A stretch of DNA of 32,000 nucleotides from Sinorhizobium meliloti. Its GTDB lineage: Bacteria > Pseudomonadota > Alphaproteobacteria > Rhizobiales > Rhizobiaceae. The position numbers and the translations under genes are program-made. The stretch lies in contig NZ_JAGIOS010000003.1 in NCBI RefSeq assembly GCF_017876815.1, positions 360,001 through 392,000 of the forward strand. The letters run 5' to 3'. Below the pieces are notes generated by a model that saw only the letters and a list, made by a program, of their open reading frames with translations, searched no databases and was not told where the DNA came from. This document shows, piece by piece, positions 1-9,029 of the stretch; positions within the stretch are counted from its first letter, which is position 1, and each line of letters opens with the position of its first letter.

Positions 1-434
1 CAATTGACGCCATGCAGGATGATCCAGAAGGTACGGTAGGCGAAGGCGGAGCGCGTCGCCCCGGCGTCCTTCAGGACAATCTGTGCCAGACCGTTTTCGA
101 CGACCAGCTCGCCGTGCGGATTCTCGAGGACCACCCTTAGGAAGCGCAGTGCTCGCCGCAGTGCATGTTCGAGCGTCGCGGTGGAAAGAATGGCGTGGCA
201 GAGCAATGCGAAGCTGCCGGCGCGCATCGGCCGTGCGCCCTCGCCGAAAAACTCGTCATCCATCGCCTGCGCCACCGCATGCCAAAAGGCGCCGTATTGA
301 TCGGCCGAAACGGGCCCGGTGACGATGGATGGCAGGCCGGCTTGTGCAAGGAGGGGTCCGGCATCCACTCCATGGCGCCGGAGGCATTCGAGCGTGTCGT
401 CCATGAAACATGGGGCGATCATCCGGCGTTCCAT
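1..434 (-). CDS. AraC family transcriptional regulator, N-terminal part only (gene runs off the left edge)
   Basis: Absent from the ORF track because it has no stop in the window. Manual minus-strand translation from ATG 434 gives MERRMIAPCFMDDTLECLRRHGVDAGPLLAQAGLPSIVTGPVSADQYGAFWHAVAQAMDDEFFGEGARPMRAGSFALLCHAILSTATLEHALRRALRFLRVVLENPHGELVVENGLAQIVLKD..., open to position 1. The pattern DDEFFG..RPMR.GSFALLCHA..TLE.ALRRALRF is typical of the AraC-type effector domain (PF12625-like). Divergent from the SDR/thiolase pair. Alternative start is ATG 422. Confidence 0.75.
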   Translation of the reverse strand, partial: MERRMIAPCFMDDTLECLRRHGVDAGPLLAQAGLPSIVTGPVSADQYGAFWHAVAQAMDDEFFGEGARPMRAGSFALLCHAILSTATLEHALRRALRFLRVVLENPHGELVVENGLAQIVLKDAGATRSAFAYRTFWIILHGVN

Positions 435-554
435 GAGCGACGATCCTTCTCATTGAACATTGCAAAAGCGATCACATAAGCTGAGCCATTCGGTCATTGC
501 ATACCATATTTTTCCTCTGCATCATCCGATTGGAAACAGTTGGAGCTGGAGCCT

Positions 555-1322
555 ATGCAACTCAAGAGCCGCGTCTTTATCGTTACGGGGGCCAGTTCCG
601 GGCTCGGCGCGGCTGTGACGCGCATGCTGGCTCAGGAGGGCGCGACAGTGCTGGGGCTGGACCTGAAGCCGCCAGCGGGGGAAGAGCCTGCCGCCGAGCT
701 CGGCGCGGCGGTGCGCTTCCGAAATGCCGACGTGACGAATGAGGCCGACGCCACCGCCGCTCTGGCATTTGCGAAACAGGAATTCGGGCACGTCCACGGA
801 TTGGTGAATTGTGCCGGCACTGCGCCCGGCGAGAAGATTCTCGGCAGGAGCGGCCCGCACGCACTGGATAGTTTCGCCCGCACGGTCGCCGTCAACCTGA
901 TCGGGACATTCAACATGATACGGCTTGCCGCCGAGGTCATGTCGCAGGGAGAGCCGGACGCCGACGGCGAGCGGGGGGTGATCGTCAATACCGCCTCTAT
1001 CGCCGCTTTCGACGGGCAAATCGGCCAGGCCGCCTACGCTGCGTCGAAGGGCGGCGTCGCAGCCCTAACGCTTCCGGCCGCGCGCGAGCTCGCGCGTTTC
1101 GGAATTCGCGTCGTCACCATTGCGCCTGGCATCTTCGATACGCCGATGATGGCCGGCATGCCTCAGGATGTTCAGGATGCGCTCGCGGCAAGCGTGCCCT
1201 TTCCCCCGCGCCTTGGTCGGGCGGAGGAGTATGCCGCCCTCGTGAAGCATATTTGCGAGAATACGATGCTCAATGGCGAGGTCATCCGCCTCGACGGGGC
1301 TTTGCGCATGGCGCCCCGGTAA
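555..1322 (+). CDS. SDR family 3-hydroxyacyl-CoA dehydrogenase (HSD17B10 / 3-hydroxy-2-methylbutyryl-CoA dehydrogenase-like)
   Basis: ORF 540..1322. Preferred start is ATG 555 ([18 protein letters not shown]). It has the TGxxxGxG cofactor motif, catalytic YAASKGG (Y-x3-K), and a C-terminal [13 protein letters not shown] typical of the type-2 HADH subgroup. Confidence 0.85.
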   Translation: MQLKSRVFIVTGASSGLGAAVTRMLAQEGATVLGLDLKPPAGEEPAAELGAAVRFRNADVTNEADATAALAFAKQEFGHVHGLVNCAGTAPGEKILGRSGPHALDSFARTVAVNLIGTFNMIRLAAEVMSQGEPDADGERGVIVNTASIAAFDGQIGQAAYAASKGGVAALTLPAARELARFGIRVVTIAPGIFDTPMMAGMPQDVQDALAASVPFPPRLGRAEEYAALVKHICENTMLNGEVIRLDGALRMAPR

Positions 1323-1346
1323 GCATGGCCATGCAGGGAGGTTCGA

Positions 1347-2537
1347 ATGAACAAGCAGGATCCTGTGGTCATCGTCGGGCAGGCACGAACCCCGCTTGGC
1401 AGTTTCCAAGGTGAGTTGAAGGACCTTTCCGCCGCCGACCTCGGCGCGGCCGCGATTGTCGATGCTCTGAAGCGCGCCGGACTTGCGCCGGATGCGGTCG
1501 ATGAGGTGATGTTCGGTTGTGTCCTGACCGCGGGACAGGGACAGGCGCCAGCCCGTCAGGCGGCGCTCGGTGCGGGTCTTCCGCCCGGCGTCGGCGCGAC
1601 CACCGTGAACAAGATGTGTGGTTCGGGCATGAAGGCGGCGATGCTGGCGCATGACCTGATCAAGGCGAAATCGGCCTCGATCGTGGTTGCGGGCGGCATG
1701 GAAAGCATGACCAATGCCCCCTATCTGCTCGACCGCGCGCGGCAGGGCTATCGCATCGGGCACCAGAAGGTTCTGGACCACATGTTCCTCGATGGGCTGG
1801 AGGATGCCTATGACAAGGGGCGCCTGATGGGCACCTTTGCCGAGGATTGCGCGGAAGCCTATCAATTCACCCGCAGTGCCCAGGATGAGTATGCCATTGC
1901 GTCCCTGGAGAAGGCGCAGAAGGCAAGCGCCGACGGCAGCTTTGCGGAGGAGATCGTCCCCTTGAGCATCGCCTCGGGCAAGGGGGAACGGACCGTCAAC
2001 CTGGACGAGCAGCCGCAGAAGGCGCGGCTCGACAAGATTCCTCTGTTGAAACCGGCTTTTCGCGACGGCGGCACGATCACGGCCGCGAACGCCTCTTCGA
2101 TTTCCGACGGGGCAGCCGCGCTGGTGCTGATGCGCCGGTCGGCGGCGGATAAACAGAGCATCAGGCCTCTGGCGGTGATCTGCGGTCATGCCACCCATGC
2201 GGACGCCCCCAGTCTCTTTCCGACGGCGCCGATCGGAGCGATCAAGGCACTCTGCCGGCGCATCGGCTGGGACATTGGTGAGGTCGATCTCTTCGAAATC
2301 AACGAGGCCTTTGCCGTCGTGCCGATGGCAGCAATGCGCGAGCTCGGCCTTGATGCGGAGAAGGTGAACGTCCACGGCGGCGCCTGCGCGTTGGGCCATC
2401 CAATCGGCGCCTCGGGCGCCCGGGTGATCGTCACGCTCGTCAATGCGCTGCGCCGCCGTGGCCTTAGACGCGGCATCGCCTCCGTGTGCATCGGCGGCGG
2501 CGAGGCGACTGCAGTCGCGGTGGAGATATCGGGCTGA
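1347..2537 (+). CDS. acetyl-CoA C-acetyltransferase (thiolase II)
   Basis: 396 aa. Contains the NKMCGSGMKA active-site Cys region, NVHGGACALGHPIGASGAR and CIGGGEATAV C-terminal thiolase signatures. RBS gggagg lies 6 nt upstream. Confidence 0.95.
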   Translation: MNKQDPVVIVGQARTPLGSFQGELKDLSAADLGAAAIVDALKRAGLAPDAVDEVMFGCVLTAGQGQAPARQAALGAGLPPGVGATTVNKMCGSGMKAAMLAHDLIKAKSASIVVAGGMESMTNAPYLLDRARQGYRIGHQKVLDHMFLDGLEDAYDKGRLMGTFAEDCAEAYQFTRSAQDEYAIASLEKAQKASADGSFAEEIVPLSIASGKGERTVNLDEQPQKARLDKIPLLKPAFRDGGTITAANASSISDGAAALVLMRRSAADKQSIRPLAVICGHATHADAPSLFPTAPIGAIKALCRRIGWDIGEVDLFEINEAFAVVPMAAMRELGLDAEKVNVHGGACALGHPIGASGARVIVTLVNALRRRGLRRGIASVCIGGGEATAVAVEISG

Positions 2538-2646
2538 CGGGATGACGGGCCGCCCGTGTCGGCCCGGCATGTGGCGGGGTTTCACATTGATCCGGGTTCA
2601 CCGGCGTCCGGTCGGCTTGCGATCGCTTCTGCCAATGGTGTACGTA

Positions 2647-2656
2647 GGTAATTACC
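2647..2656. promoter_or_regulatory. perfect 10-bp palindrome GGTAATTACC immediately upstream of the antitoxin-like ORF (candidate autoregulatory operator)
   Basis: Read directly: tacgtaGGTAATTACCcatatGGAGctgagccGTG. It sits in a locally A/T-richer patch 16 nt before the GTG start at 2673. Confidence 0.3.
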
Positions 2657-2672
2657 CATATGGAGCTGAGCC

Positions 2673-2873
2673 GTGAACATCACGAAAAACGGTCTGGTAG
2701 GCATCACCGACCGCGGCAAGCCTTCCGATGCCCTGGCGACCCATGAAGAATTCGGGCGCTTGACCGGCAAGCAACGCAGCCTTGTCGACTCTCTCGCCAT
2801 GCCCGGCCAGTCGGCAATCGATTTCGTGCTCCCCCGCGTCGAGATCAGGCGCCGCGATGTTGACTTGTCTTGA
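2673..2873 (+). CDS. orphan Phd/YefM-type (VapB-like) antitoxin-like small protein, probably N-terminally truncated, with no cognate toxin
   Basis: 66 aa. GTG start with GGAG RBS 7 nt upstream. The segment EEFGRLTGKQRSLVDSLAMPGQSAIDFVLPRVEIRRRDVDLS resembles the C-terminal half of alphaproteobacterial Phd-type VapB antitoxins (..Y.RL.GK.PSLVD.L...P...D....R.....RDVDL, recalled from memory). The first ~20 residues of that fold are missing. An in-frame TGA lies at 2667..2669. Only 158 nt separate this ORF from the next gene. Confidence 0.4.
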   Translation: MNITKNGLVGITDRGKPSDALATHEEFGRLTGKQRSLVDSLAMPGQSAIDFVLPRVEIRRRDVDLS

Positions 2874-3031
2874 GGCACTTGCTGGAGAGCAAGGTCGTTT
2901 CCAAACTGCGCAAGGACGGATTTGCCGGTTGACGGTGCGGCTGCGGCACGCTGCGGCCACCAGCATGCCCCGACCGGCGCAGCAAGGCCGAGGTGCTGAT
3001 TGCAGCGGCTCGCCAACTGGAGAAAGGGCGA

Positions 3032-4345
3032 ATGACGACAATCACAGTAGACGATGCGCTCGATCGCGCCGGCACGGGAACTTACCAGCGGAGACTGATG
3101 GCCATATTCGGTCTGGTTTGGGCTGCCGATGCCATGCAGGTGCTGGCGGTCGGCTTCACCGCCGCATCGATCGCCGCCACTTTCGGCCTGACAGTTCCGC
3201 AGGCACTTCAGACGGGCACGCTTTTCTTTCTCGGAATGCTGTTCGGCGCCGCGGGTTTCGGCAGGCTCGCGGACCGGATCGGCCGCCGGCGCGTTCTGAT
3301 CGCCACCGTCGCCTGCGATGCCGTCTTCGGTCTGCTGTCCGTCTTTGCGCAGGACTTTACCGTTTTGCTTCTGCTGCGGTTTCTCACGGGCGCAGCTGTC
3401 GGCGGCACACTGCCGGTCGACTATGCGATGATGGCGGAGTTCCTGCCGGCCCGGAACCGCGGGCGCTGGCTGGTCATGCTGGAAGGCTTCTGGGCTGTCG
3501 GCACGCTCATCGTGGCGCTCGCCGCCTGGGCTGCGAGCCTCGCCGGCGTCGCGGATGCCTGGCGATACATCTTCGCAGTGACGGCAATCCCGGCACTGAT
3601 CGGCGTGGGCCTGCGTTTCCTGGTGCCGGAATCGCCGCTCTATCTGCTCCGCCTGGGAAATACGTCCGAGGCGAAGGCCATCGTCGATGAGATCCTCGTC
3701 GTCAACGGCAAAATGCGACTTGGCGCCGGCACATCGCTGGTTCCGCCGCCGCCGACGGCGAGTGCGGGTATTTTTTCCGCGGATTTGCGCAAGCGCAGTC
3801 TGATGATCCTGGCCATCTGGTTTCTGGTTTCCATATCCTATTACGGCGTCTTCACCTGGATGCCTCCGAGGCTCGCAGGCGAAGGCTTCGGCTTCGTTCG
3901 CGGCTACGGCTTCCTCGTTGTCCTGGCATTGGCCCAGATCCCCGGCTATGCGCTCGCCGCCTACGGTGTCGAGAAATGGGGCCGCCGGCCGACCCTGATA
4001 GGCTTCTGCTTGCTGTCGGCGCTCGGCTGCCTGCTCTTCGTGGCGGCGGGAACGGCCATGCTGATCGGCGTCTCGCTCCTGATCATGAGCTTCGCCCTGC
4101 TCGGCACCTGGGGTGCGCTTTATGCCTATACGCCGGAACTCTATCCGACCGCATCGCGGGCGACAGGCATGGGCGCGGCCGGCGCTATGGCCCGGCTGGG
4201 CGGCTTGCTCGCCCCGTCGCTGATGGGGCTCGTGGTGGCGCAGAGTTTCGGTCTCGCCATCGGCATCTTTGCCGGCCTTCTGCTCGTGGCTGCCGTTGCG
4301 GCCTTTCTGATCGACGCCGAGACGCGCCGGGTATCGCTCGCCTGA
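3032..4345 (+). CDS. MFS transporter (niacin/aromatic-acid/sugar-porter-like)
   Basis: ORF 2993..4345. Preferred start is ATG 3032 (MTTITVDD), preceded by ggagaaaggg. Contains the MFS loop motif GRLADRIGRRRV and about 12 hydrophobic segments. Confidence 0.9.
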   Translation: MTTITVDDALDRAGTGTYQRRLMAIFGLVWAADAMQVLAVGFTAASIAATFGLTVPQALQTGTLFFLGMLFGAAGFGRLADRIGRRRVLIATVACDAVFGLLSVFAQDFTVLLLLRFLTGAAVGGTLPVDYAMMAEFLPARNRGRWLVMLEGFWAVGTLIVALAAWAASLAGVADAWRYIFAVTAIPALIGVGLRFLVPESPLYLLRLGNTSEAKAIVDEILVVNGKMRLGAGTSLVPPPPTASAGIFSADLRKRSLMILAIWFLVSISYYGVFTWMPPRLAGEGFGFVRGYGFLVVLALAQIPGYALAAYGVEKWGRRPTLIGFCLLSALGCLLFVAAGTAMLIGVSLLIMSFALLGTWGALYAYTPELYPTASRATGMGAAGAMARLGGLLAPSLMGLVVAQSFGLAIGIFAGLLLVAAVAAFLIDAETRRVSLA

Positions 4346-4370
4346 GATCTCCGCAACGATGTGAGATCTC
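4344..4370. terminator. possible hairpin formed by two copies of the self-complementary octamer GAGATCTC
   Basis: GAGATCTC occurs at 4344..4351 (overlapping the MFS stop codon) and again at 4363..4370, separated by 11 nt. No T-tract follows. Confidence 0.3.
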
Positions 4371-4515
4371 TTGCGTATCCCAGGATGCCTTTCCTCATGC
4401 CCACGGCGGCATCATGTTGAGGCGGGAACCAAACAAATTTAGGAAGAACGCGATCAAATGGGAACCACGCGTGCTCGCCCGGGGGCGCATCGGCACACAG
4501 TGACTTGCTCCCGAT

Positions 4516-5388
4516 TCAGGTACTTTTTATCTTGCCGTTCATTCCATTGGGGTAAAAGCCGCCCTTGCTGGCACCTTCCTTGTCGGAGATATACACAATG
4601 CGTAGGACCTCTTGCGGGGTCCGGGTGAACGCAATCGCATCCGGCGTCGAGGGAACGATGTTGGCCTTGCCATCCACCTGAAGGCCCTGATCCTTGTCTT
4701 CCGGCCCATCGATTTTGTCCCGGGCGTCCGATACCGCCTGCGCGGCCTTCCAGGCTTCTTCGCCCTTTCGATAAAGGGTCGATCGCGCCATTCCCATGTG
4801 GTAGGCCTCGACTGCCAGAATGCCCGCGGCGGCGGCGAGAAAGTCCTTGTTCTTGAGGACGGTGGCTGCTCCGGCATAGGCGGTAACGCCAACATCTTCG
4901 AATAGCATGCCGCCGAGCACGAAGTTCGTCTCATTACCGAACGGATCGAAGTCCTCGCCGAGCCCTGCCGATTTCGCAACCGCGGCGAAGCCGGCGTCGA
5001 AATCAATGGCCGGCCTCGGCACAGCCTGATCTGCGAGCGTCTTGCGATAGAACCTGACGTGGGCAAGTTCGTTTTCGGCTACCTCCTGCATGAACTCGCC
5101 GATCGCAGGGGTATCGAAGGAAACTTGCTTGCCGCCGGTCACCGGGCCGGCGTCAGAACCTGCATCGGAATCATCGATGCCTTTTCCGGTCGTGCCACGC
5201 AGGTAGTACTCGGCTTCCATGTATTCGAGGTTGAGTGCAAATTGGAATATGTCCTCGTCCTCGATGTCACTCGGCTCGTCGGCCTGCGATATCGAGGGGA
5301 AGCCTGCGGTTGAAACGAGCGTCGCCCCGAGGCCAAGCTGTAAAAGGCGACGGCGCGGAAGGAAAATTGAGGGCATTGGACGGATCAT
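4516..5388 (-). CDS. Tat-exported ferritin-like domain protein (Ferritin_2 / desiccation-related PCC13-62-like family)
   Basis: ORF 4516..5409. Preferred start is ATG 5388 (MIRPMPSIFLPRRRLLQLGLGATLV), with AAGGAGG 5 nt upstream. Twin-arginine motif RRRLLQLG. The ferritin-like helix is FQFALNLEYMEAEYYLRG. Confidence 0.85.
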   Translation of the reverse strand: MIRPMPSIFLPRRRLLQLGLGATLVSTAGFPSISQADEPSDIEDEDIFQFALNLEYMEAEYYLRGTTGKGIDDSDAGSDAGPVTGGKQVSFDTPAIGEFMQEVAENELAHVRFYRKTLADQAVPRPAIDFDAGFAAVAKSAGLGEDFDPFGNETNFVLGGMLFEDVGVTAYAGAATVLKNKDFLAAAAGILAVEAYHMGMARSTLYRKGEEAWKAAQAVSDARDKIDGPEDKDQGLQVDGKANIVPSTPDAIAFTRTPQEVLRIVYISDKEGASKGGFYPNGMNGKIKST

Positions 5389-5452
5389 GGCTTCCTCCTT
5401 GAAGCCCACCCGGCGTCAGTCTTGGCTCCTCAGGTGCGGGCCAACTCTCTCG

Positions 5453-5484
5453 AACATTGGGCGAGGCGAAATGTTCCGGAACAT
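5453..5484 (-). promoter_or_regulatory. candidate EcfG/RpoE2-type general-stress promoter (GGAAC-N16-TGTT) embedded in the perfect 14-bp palindrome ATGTTCCGGAACAT
   Basis: The minus strand reads ATGTTCCGGAACATTTCGCCTCGCCCAATGTTCG. GGAAC is the complement of 5473..5477, and after 16 nt TGTT is the complement of 5453..5456. This lies about 65 nt upstream of the ferritin-like start. The palindrome spans 5471..5484. Confidence 0.4.
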
Positions 5485-5612
5485 GCTTGCAGTCGTCCCT
5501 TATCCGACTTCGTCTCTGGCTTGCGACATCTCGTCCGCGAGTAGCCGGCTCGAAATCTGCTGTACCGCCGTCCGATAATCCCATAAGATGTCTGCGACAA
5601 CTATCGGTCGTA

Positions 5613-5624
5613 GTCATATGATGA
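5613..5624 (-). promoter_or_regulatory. candidate GntR/FadR-type operator 1 (GTCATATGATGA, core palindrome TCATATGA) upstream of the gntR gene
   Basis: Its reverse complement, ATCATCATATGAC, shares the 11-mer TCATCATATGA with site 2 at 6417..6428. Confidence 0.4.
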
Positions 5625-5651
5625 TTTTGGATGTGGGGTATGGGAATATTC

Positions 5652-6404
5652 ATGCCGAGTACGAAAAAAGGGGGCGGTCGCCCATCGCTGTCCTCGCAGG
5701 TGGCAGACGCTATAAAGGCGCAGATCGAGGCGGGATACTATGCACCGGGCGACAAGTTGCCGACCGAGCCGGCCTTGATCGACAAGTTCGGCTTCAGTCG
5801 GACGGTGGTGAGGGAGGCGATTGCGGCGCTCAGGGCCGATGGCCTGGTGGAGTCGCGGCAGGGGTCGGGCGTCTTCGTGATAGGGCCGCGGCAGAGCGAC
5901 CCGGGCCTCAAGCTTTTCACCGGCGAGACCGACAAGATTTCCGACATCATCGAGGAGCTGGAACTGCGCATCGGTATCGAGGTCGAAGCGGCAGGTCTGG
6001 CGGCGGCACGCAGTTCCCCGGCGCAGGAGGCCGAAATCCAGGCTCAGGTCGAGCGCTTTGCCCAACTTGTCGCCGAAGGGAAGCCCACGGACGAGGCGGA
6101 TTTCCAGTTTCACATGGCTATAGCGACGGCCACCAACAACACCCGCTTCCGCACGTTTCTGGAGCATGTCGGGCGCCGCATGATCCCGCGCGTGAAGTTT
6201 CGCACGGTCATGGGCGGCGTGGATCCGCTGCCGAACCGCGACGAGCCCATTCTCCTCGAGCACCGCGAGATCGCCGAGGCGATCCTCGCGCGGGATCCGG
6301 ACCGGGCTCGGGAGGCCATGCGTCGCCATCTCGTCACCGGGATCAAGCGGTATCGCTCGCTGACGACCTGGCGACCGAGCGAAAAAACCGATGCGGTTGA
6401 TTGA
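5652..6404 (+). CDS. GntR family transcriptional regulator, FadR subfamily (FCD domain)
   Basis: ORF 5631..6404. Winged-helix segment LPTEPALIDKFGFSRTVVREAIAALRADGLVESRQGSGVFV. The C-terminal helical domain carries DFQFHMAIA and LLEHREIAEAI. The start is ambiguous (5631, 5640 or 5652). Confidence 0.9.
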   Translation: MPSTKKGGGRPSLSSQVADAIKAQIEAGYYAPGDKLPTEPALIDKFGFSRTVVREAIAALRADGLVESRQGSGVFVIGPRQSDPGLKLFTGETDKISDIIEELELRIGIEVEAAGLAAARSSPAQEAEIQAQVERFAQLVAEGKPTDEADFQFHMAIATATNNTRFRTFLEHVGRRMIPRVKFRTVMGGVDPLPNRDEPILLEHREIAEAILARDPDRAREAMRRHLVTGIKRYRSLTTWRPSEKTDAVD

Positions 6405-6416
6405 CTCATCTCAAAA

Positions 6417-6428
6417 GTCATCATATGA
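6417..6428 (+). promoter_or_regulatory. candidate GntR/FadR-type operator 2 (GTCATCATATGA) between gntR and kdgD
   Basis: Located 37 nt upstream of the kdgD TTG start. Shares TCATCATATGA with site 1, in the opposite orientation. Confidence 0.4.
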
Positions 6429-7370
<942 letters not shown>

Positions 7371-7444
7371 AAAGAAACATCGGGCGGGCGCCAGGAGGAT
7401 GGCGCCCGTCTCTAACGTCGTCGTTCCAACTGGGGAGGAGTGCA

Positions 7445-8953
7445 ATGGGAAACAAATCTGTTCGCGTCATCGCGGGAGCAATGGTGGTCGCCGGCTGGGC
7501 CGGCTACGCCGCTGCGCAAAGTGCCTCGGAAATCAAGATCGTCCTGCCGGAGCAGCCGGCCAATTTCGAGCCCTGCGGTACCATCATCACCAATGTCGGC
7601 CAGATATTGAGCCGCAACGTGGTCGAGCCGCTGACCATCATCGATCCGAAAAGCGGCCAGCCGACACCCGGTCTTGCGACCGAGTGGAAGCAGACCGATC
7701 CGAACACCTGGCAGCTCAAGCTGCGCGAAGGCGTCAAGTTCCAGGACGGAGCCGCCTTCGACGCAGAGGCGGTCAAATTCTCCATCGAGCGGATGACCGG
7801 CGGCAAGCTGACCTGCAGCAACATTGCCAAGTTCGGCGATGCCAAGCTGACGGTCACGCCGCTCGATGAGCTGACGGTCGAGATCAAGTCGGACAAGCCG
7901 CAGCCGATCCTGCCGACGCTGCTCAGCGTGGTCATGATCGTCTCGCCGAACACGCCGGCGGACAAGGCCGTCAACGACCCGGTCGGTACCGGGCCGTTCA
8001 AGCTTTCGAGCTTCACGCCGCAGACAGTCGTGCTGGAAGCCTTCGACGGCTACTGGGGCGAGAAGCCGGCCATCGCCAAGGCCAGCTATGTCTGGCGCCC
8101 GGAATCCTCGATCCGCGCCGCCATGGTGGAAACCGGCGAGGCCGACCTGACGCCGTCGATCGCGATCCAGGATGCGACCAATCCGGAAACGGACTTCGCC
8201 TATCTGAACTCCGAAACTACCGCGATCCGCATCGATGCCGGTTTTGCTCCGCTCGACGACGTCCGAATCCGCAAGGCGCTGAATCTGGCGATCGACTGGG
8301 ATGGCCTCGCGCAGCTCTTCGGCGAGGACGTGCAGCGGGCTTCGCAGATGGTCGTCACCGGCATCAACGGCCACGACGACAAGCTGGCGCCCTGGACGTT
8401 CGATGCCGAAAAGGCGCGTGCGCTCATCGCCGAGGCCAAGGCCGCGGGCGTTCCGGTCGATACCGAAATCGAGCTGATCGGCCGCAACGGCATCTACCCC
8501 AACGGTACGGAAGCCATGGAAGCCATGATGGCCATGTGGCAGGATGTCGGCCTGAACGTGAAGCTGACGATGCTCGACGTGAACGATTGGCTGCGCTACC
8601 TGCAGAAGCCCTTCCCGGAGAGCCGCGGGCCGAACCTGCTGCAGATGATGCATGACAACAACAAGGGTGATGCCGCCTTCACCATTCCGATCTTCTACAC
8701 CTCGGCCGGAAGCTATTCGACCTTCAACGACGCGGCACTCGACAAGGAGGTCGCCGATGCCATGGCTGCCACCGGTGAGGACCGTACGGCAAAGTTCAAG
8801 GCGATCTTCGCGAAGGTGCATGACGATCTCGCGGTCGACATCCCGATGTTCCACATGATCGGCTACACCCGGGTCGGCAGCCGCCTGGAGTGGAAGCCGG
8901 ACATCACGACCAACAGCGAGATCCCGCTCGCCAATATCGCTCTCAAGGACTGA
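7445..8953 (+). CDS. ABC transporter substrate-binding protein, family 5 (peptide/nickel/opine type)
   Basis: 502 aa. Signal peptide MGNKSVRVIAGAMVVAGWAGYAAAQS. SBP_bac_5-like length and motifs (WQLKLREGVKFQDG). RBS ggaggag. Confidence 0.9.
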   Translation: MGNKSVRVIAGAMVVAGWAGYAAAQSASEIKIVLPEQPANFEPCGTIITNVGQILSRNVVEPLTIIDPKSGQPTPGLATEWKQTDPNTWQLKLREGVKFQDGAAFDAEAVKFSIERMTGGKLTCSNIAKFGDAKLTVTPLDELTVEIKSDKPQPILPTLLSVVMIVSPNTPADKAVNDPVGTGPFKLSSFTPQTVVLEAFDGYWGEKPAIAKASYVWRPESSIRAAMVETGEADLTPSIAIQDATNPETDFAYLNSETTAIRIDAGFAPLDDVRIRKALNLAIDWDGLAQLFGEDVQRASQMVVTGINGHDDKLAPWTFDAEKARALIAEAKAAGVPVDTEIELIGRNGIYPNGTEAMEAMMAMWQDVGLNVKLTMLDVNDWLRYLQKPFPESRGPNLLQMMHDNNKGDAAFTIPIFYTSAGSYSTFNDAALDKEVADAMAATGEDRTAKFKAIFAKVHDDLAVDIPMFHMIGYTRVGSRLEWKPDITTNSEIPLANIALKD

Positions 8954-9029
8954 GTGTCACCATCCGGGCGAGCGCGCGCGACAGGTTCGCGCGCTCGCAT
9001 TGAACTGCAAGGGAATCCAGAGGCTCCGC

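Noticed and set aside
1065-2585. 506-aa minus-strand ORF opposite the thiolase gene. Similar long antisense ORFs occur at 5601..6329, 6462..7445, 7412..8854, 9156..10169, 10724..12634, 17291..18541, 18783..20933, 20997..21770, 25934..27331, 27850..29280, 28533..30092 and 30868..31857.
   Set aside because: All lie opposite genes with clear family motifs. They are extremely Arg/Gly/Asp/His/Pro-rich, lack recognisable domains and RBSs, and are the usual stop-poor shadow frames of high-GC DNA.
2877-2892. Small hairpin CTTGCT-ggag-AGCAAG after the antitoxin-like ORF, and a GGGCCG/CGGCCC stem at about 2550..2568 after the thiolase gene.
   Set aside because: These 6-bp stems without T-tracts are too weak to call as terminators with confidence in GC-rich DNA.
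2782-3690. Same-strand out-of-frame ORFs: 2782..3690, 3976..4503, 5588..6400, 15906..17369, 19262..19873 and 7399..7869.
   Set aside because: They overlap well-supported genes in another frame and have low-complexity Arg/Ala/Gly/Pro-rich composition. No independent support.
4424-4467. Two GGGAACCA direct repeats (4424..4431 and 4460..4467) that contain the EcfG -35 core GGAAC on the plus strand.
   Set aside because: No CGTT-like -10 sits at 16-17 nt from either copy. There is no plus-strand gene downstream; the region is the 3-prime flank of the minus-strand ferritin-like gene. Likely chance, although an antisense promoter cannot be excluded.
5478-5502. Plus-strand reading of the palindrome as an EcfG promoter for gntR (GGAAC-N16-CTTA).
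   Set aside because: The -10 does not resemble CGTT, and the site is about 170 nt from the gntR start. The minus-strand orientation fits the consensus much better.
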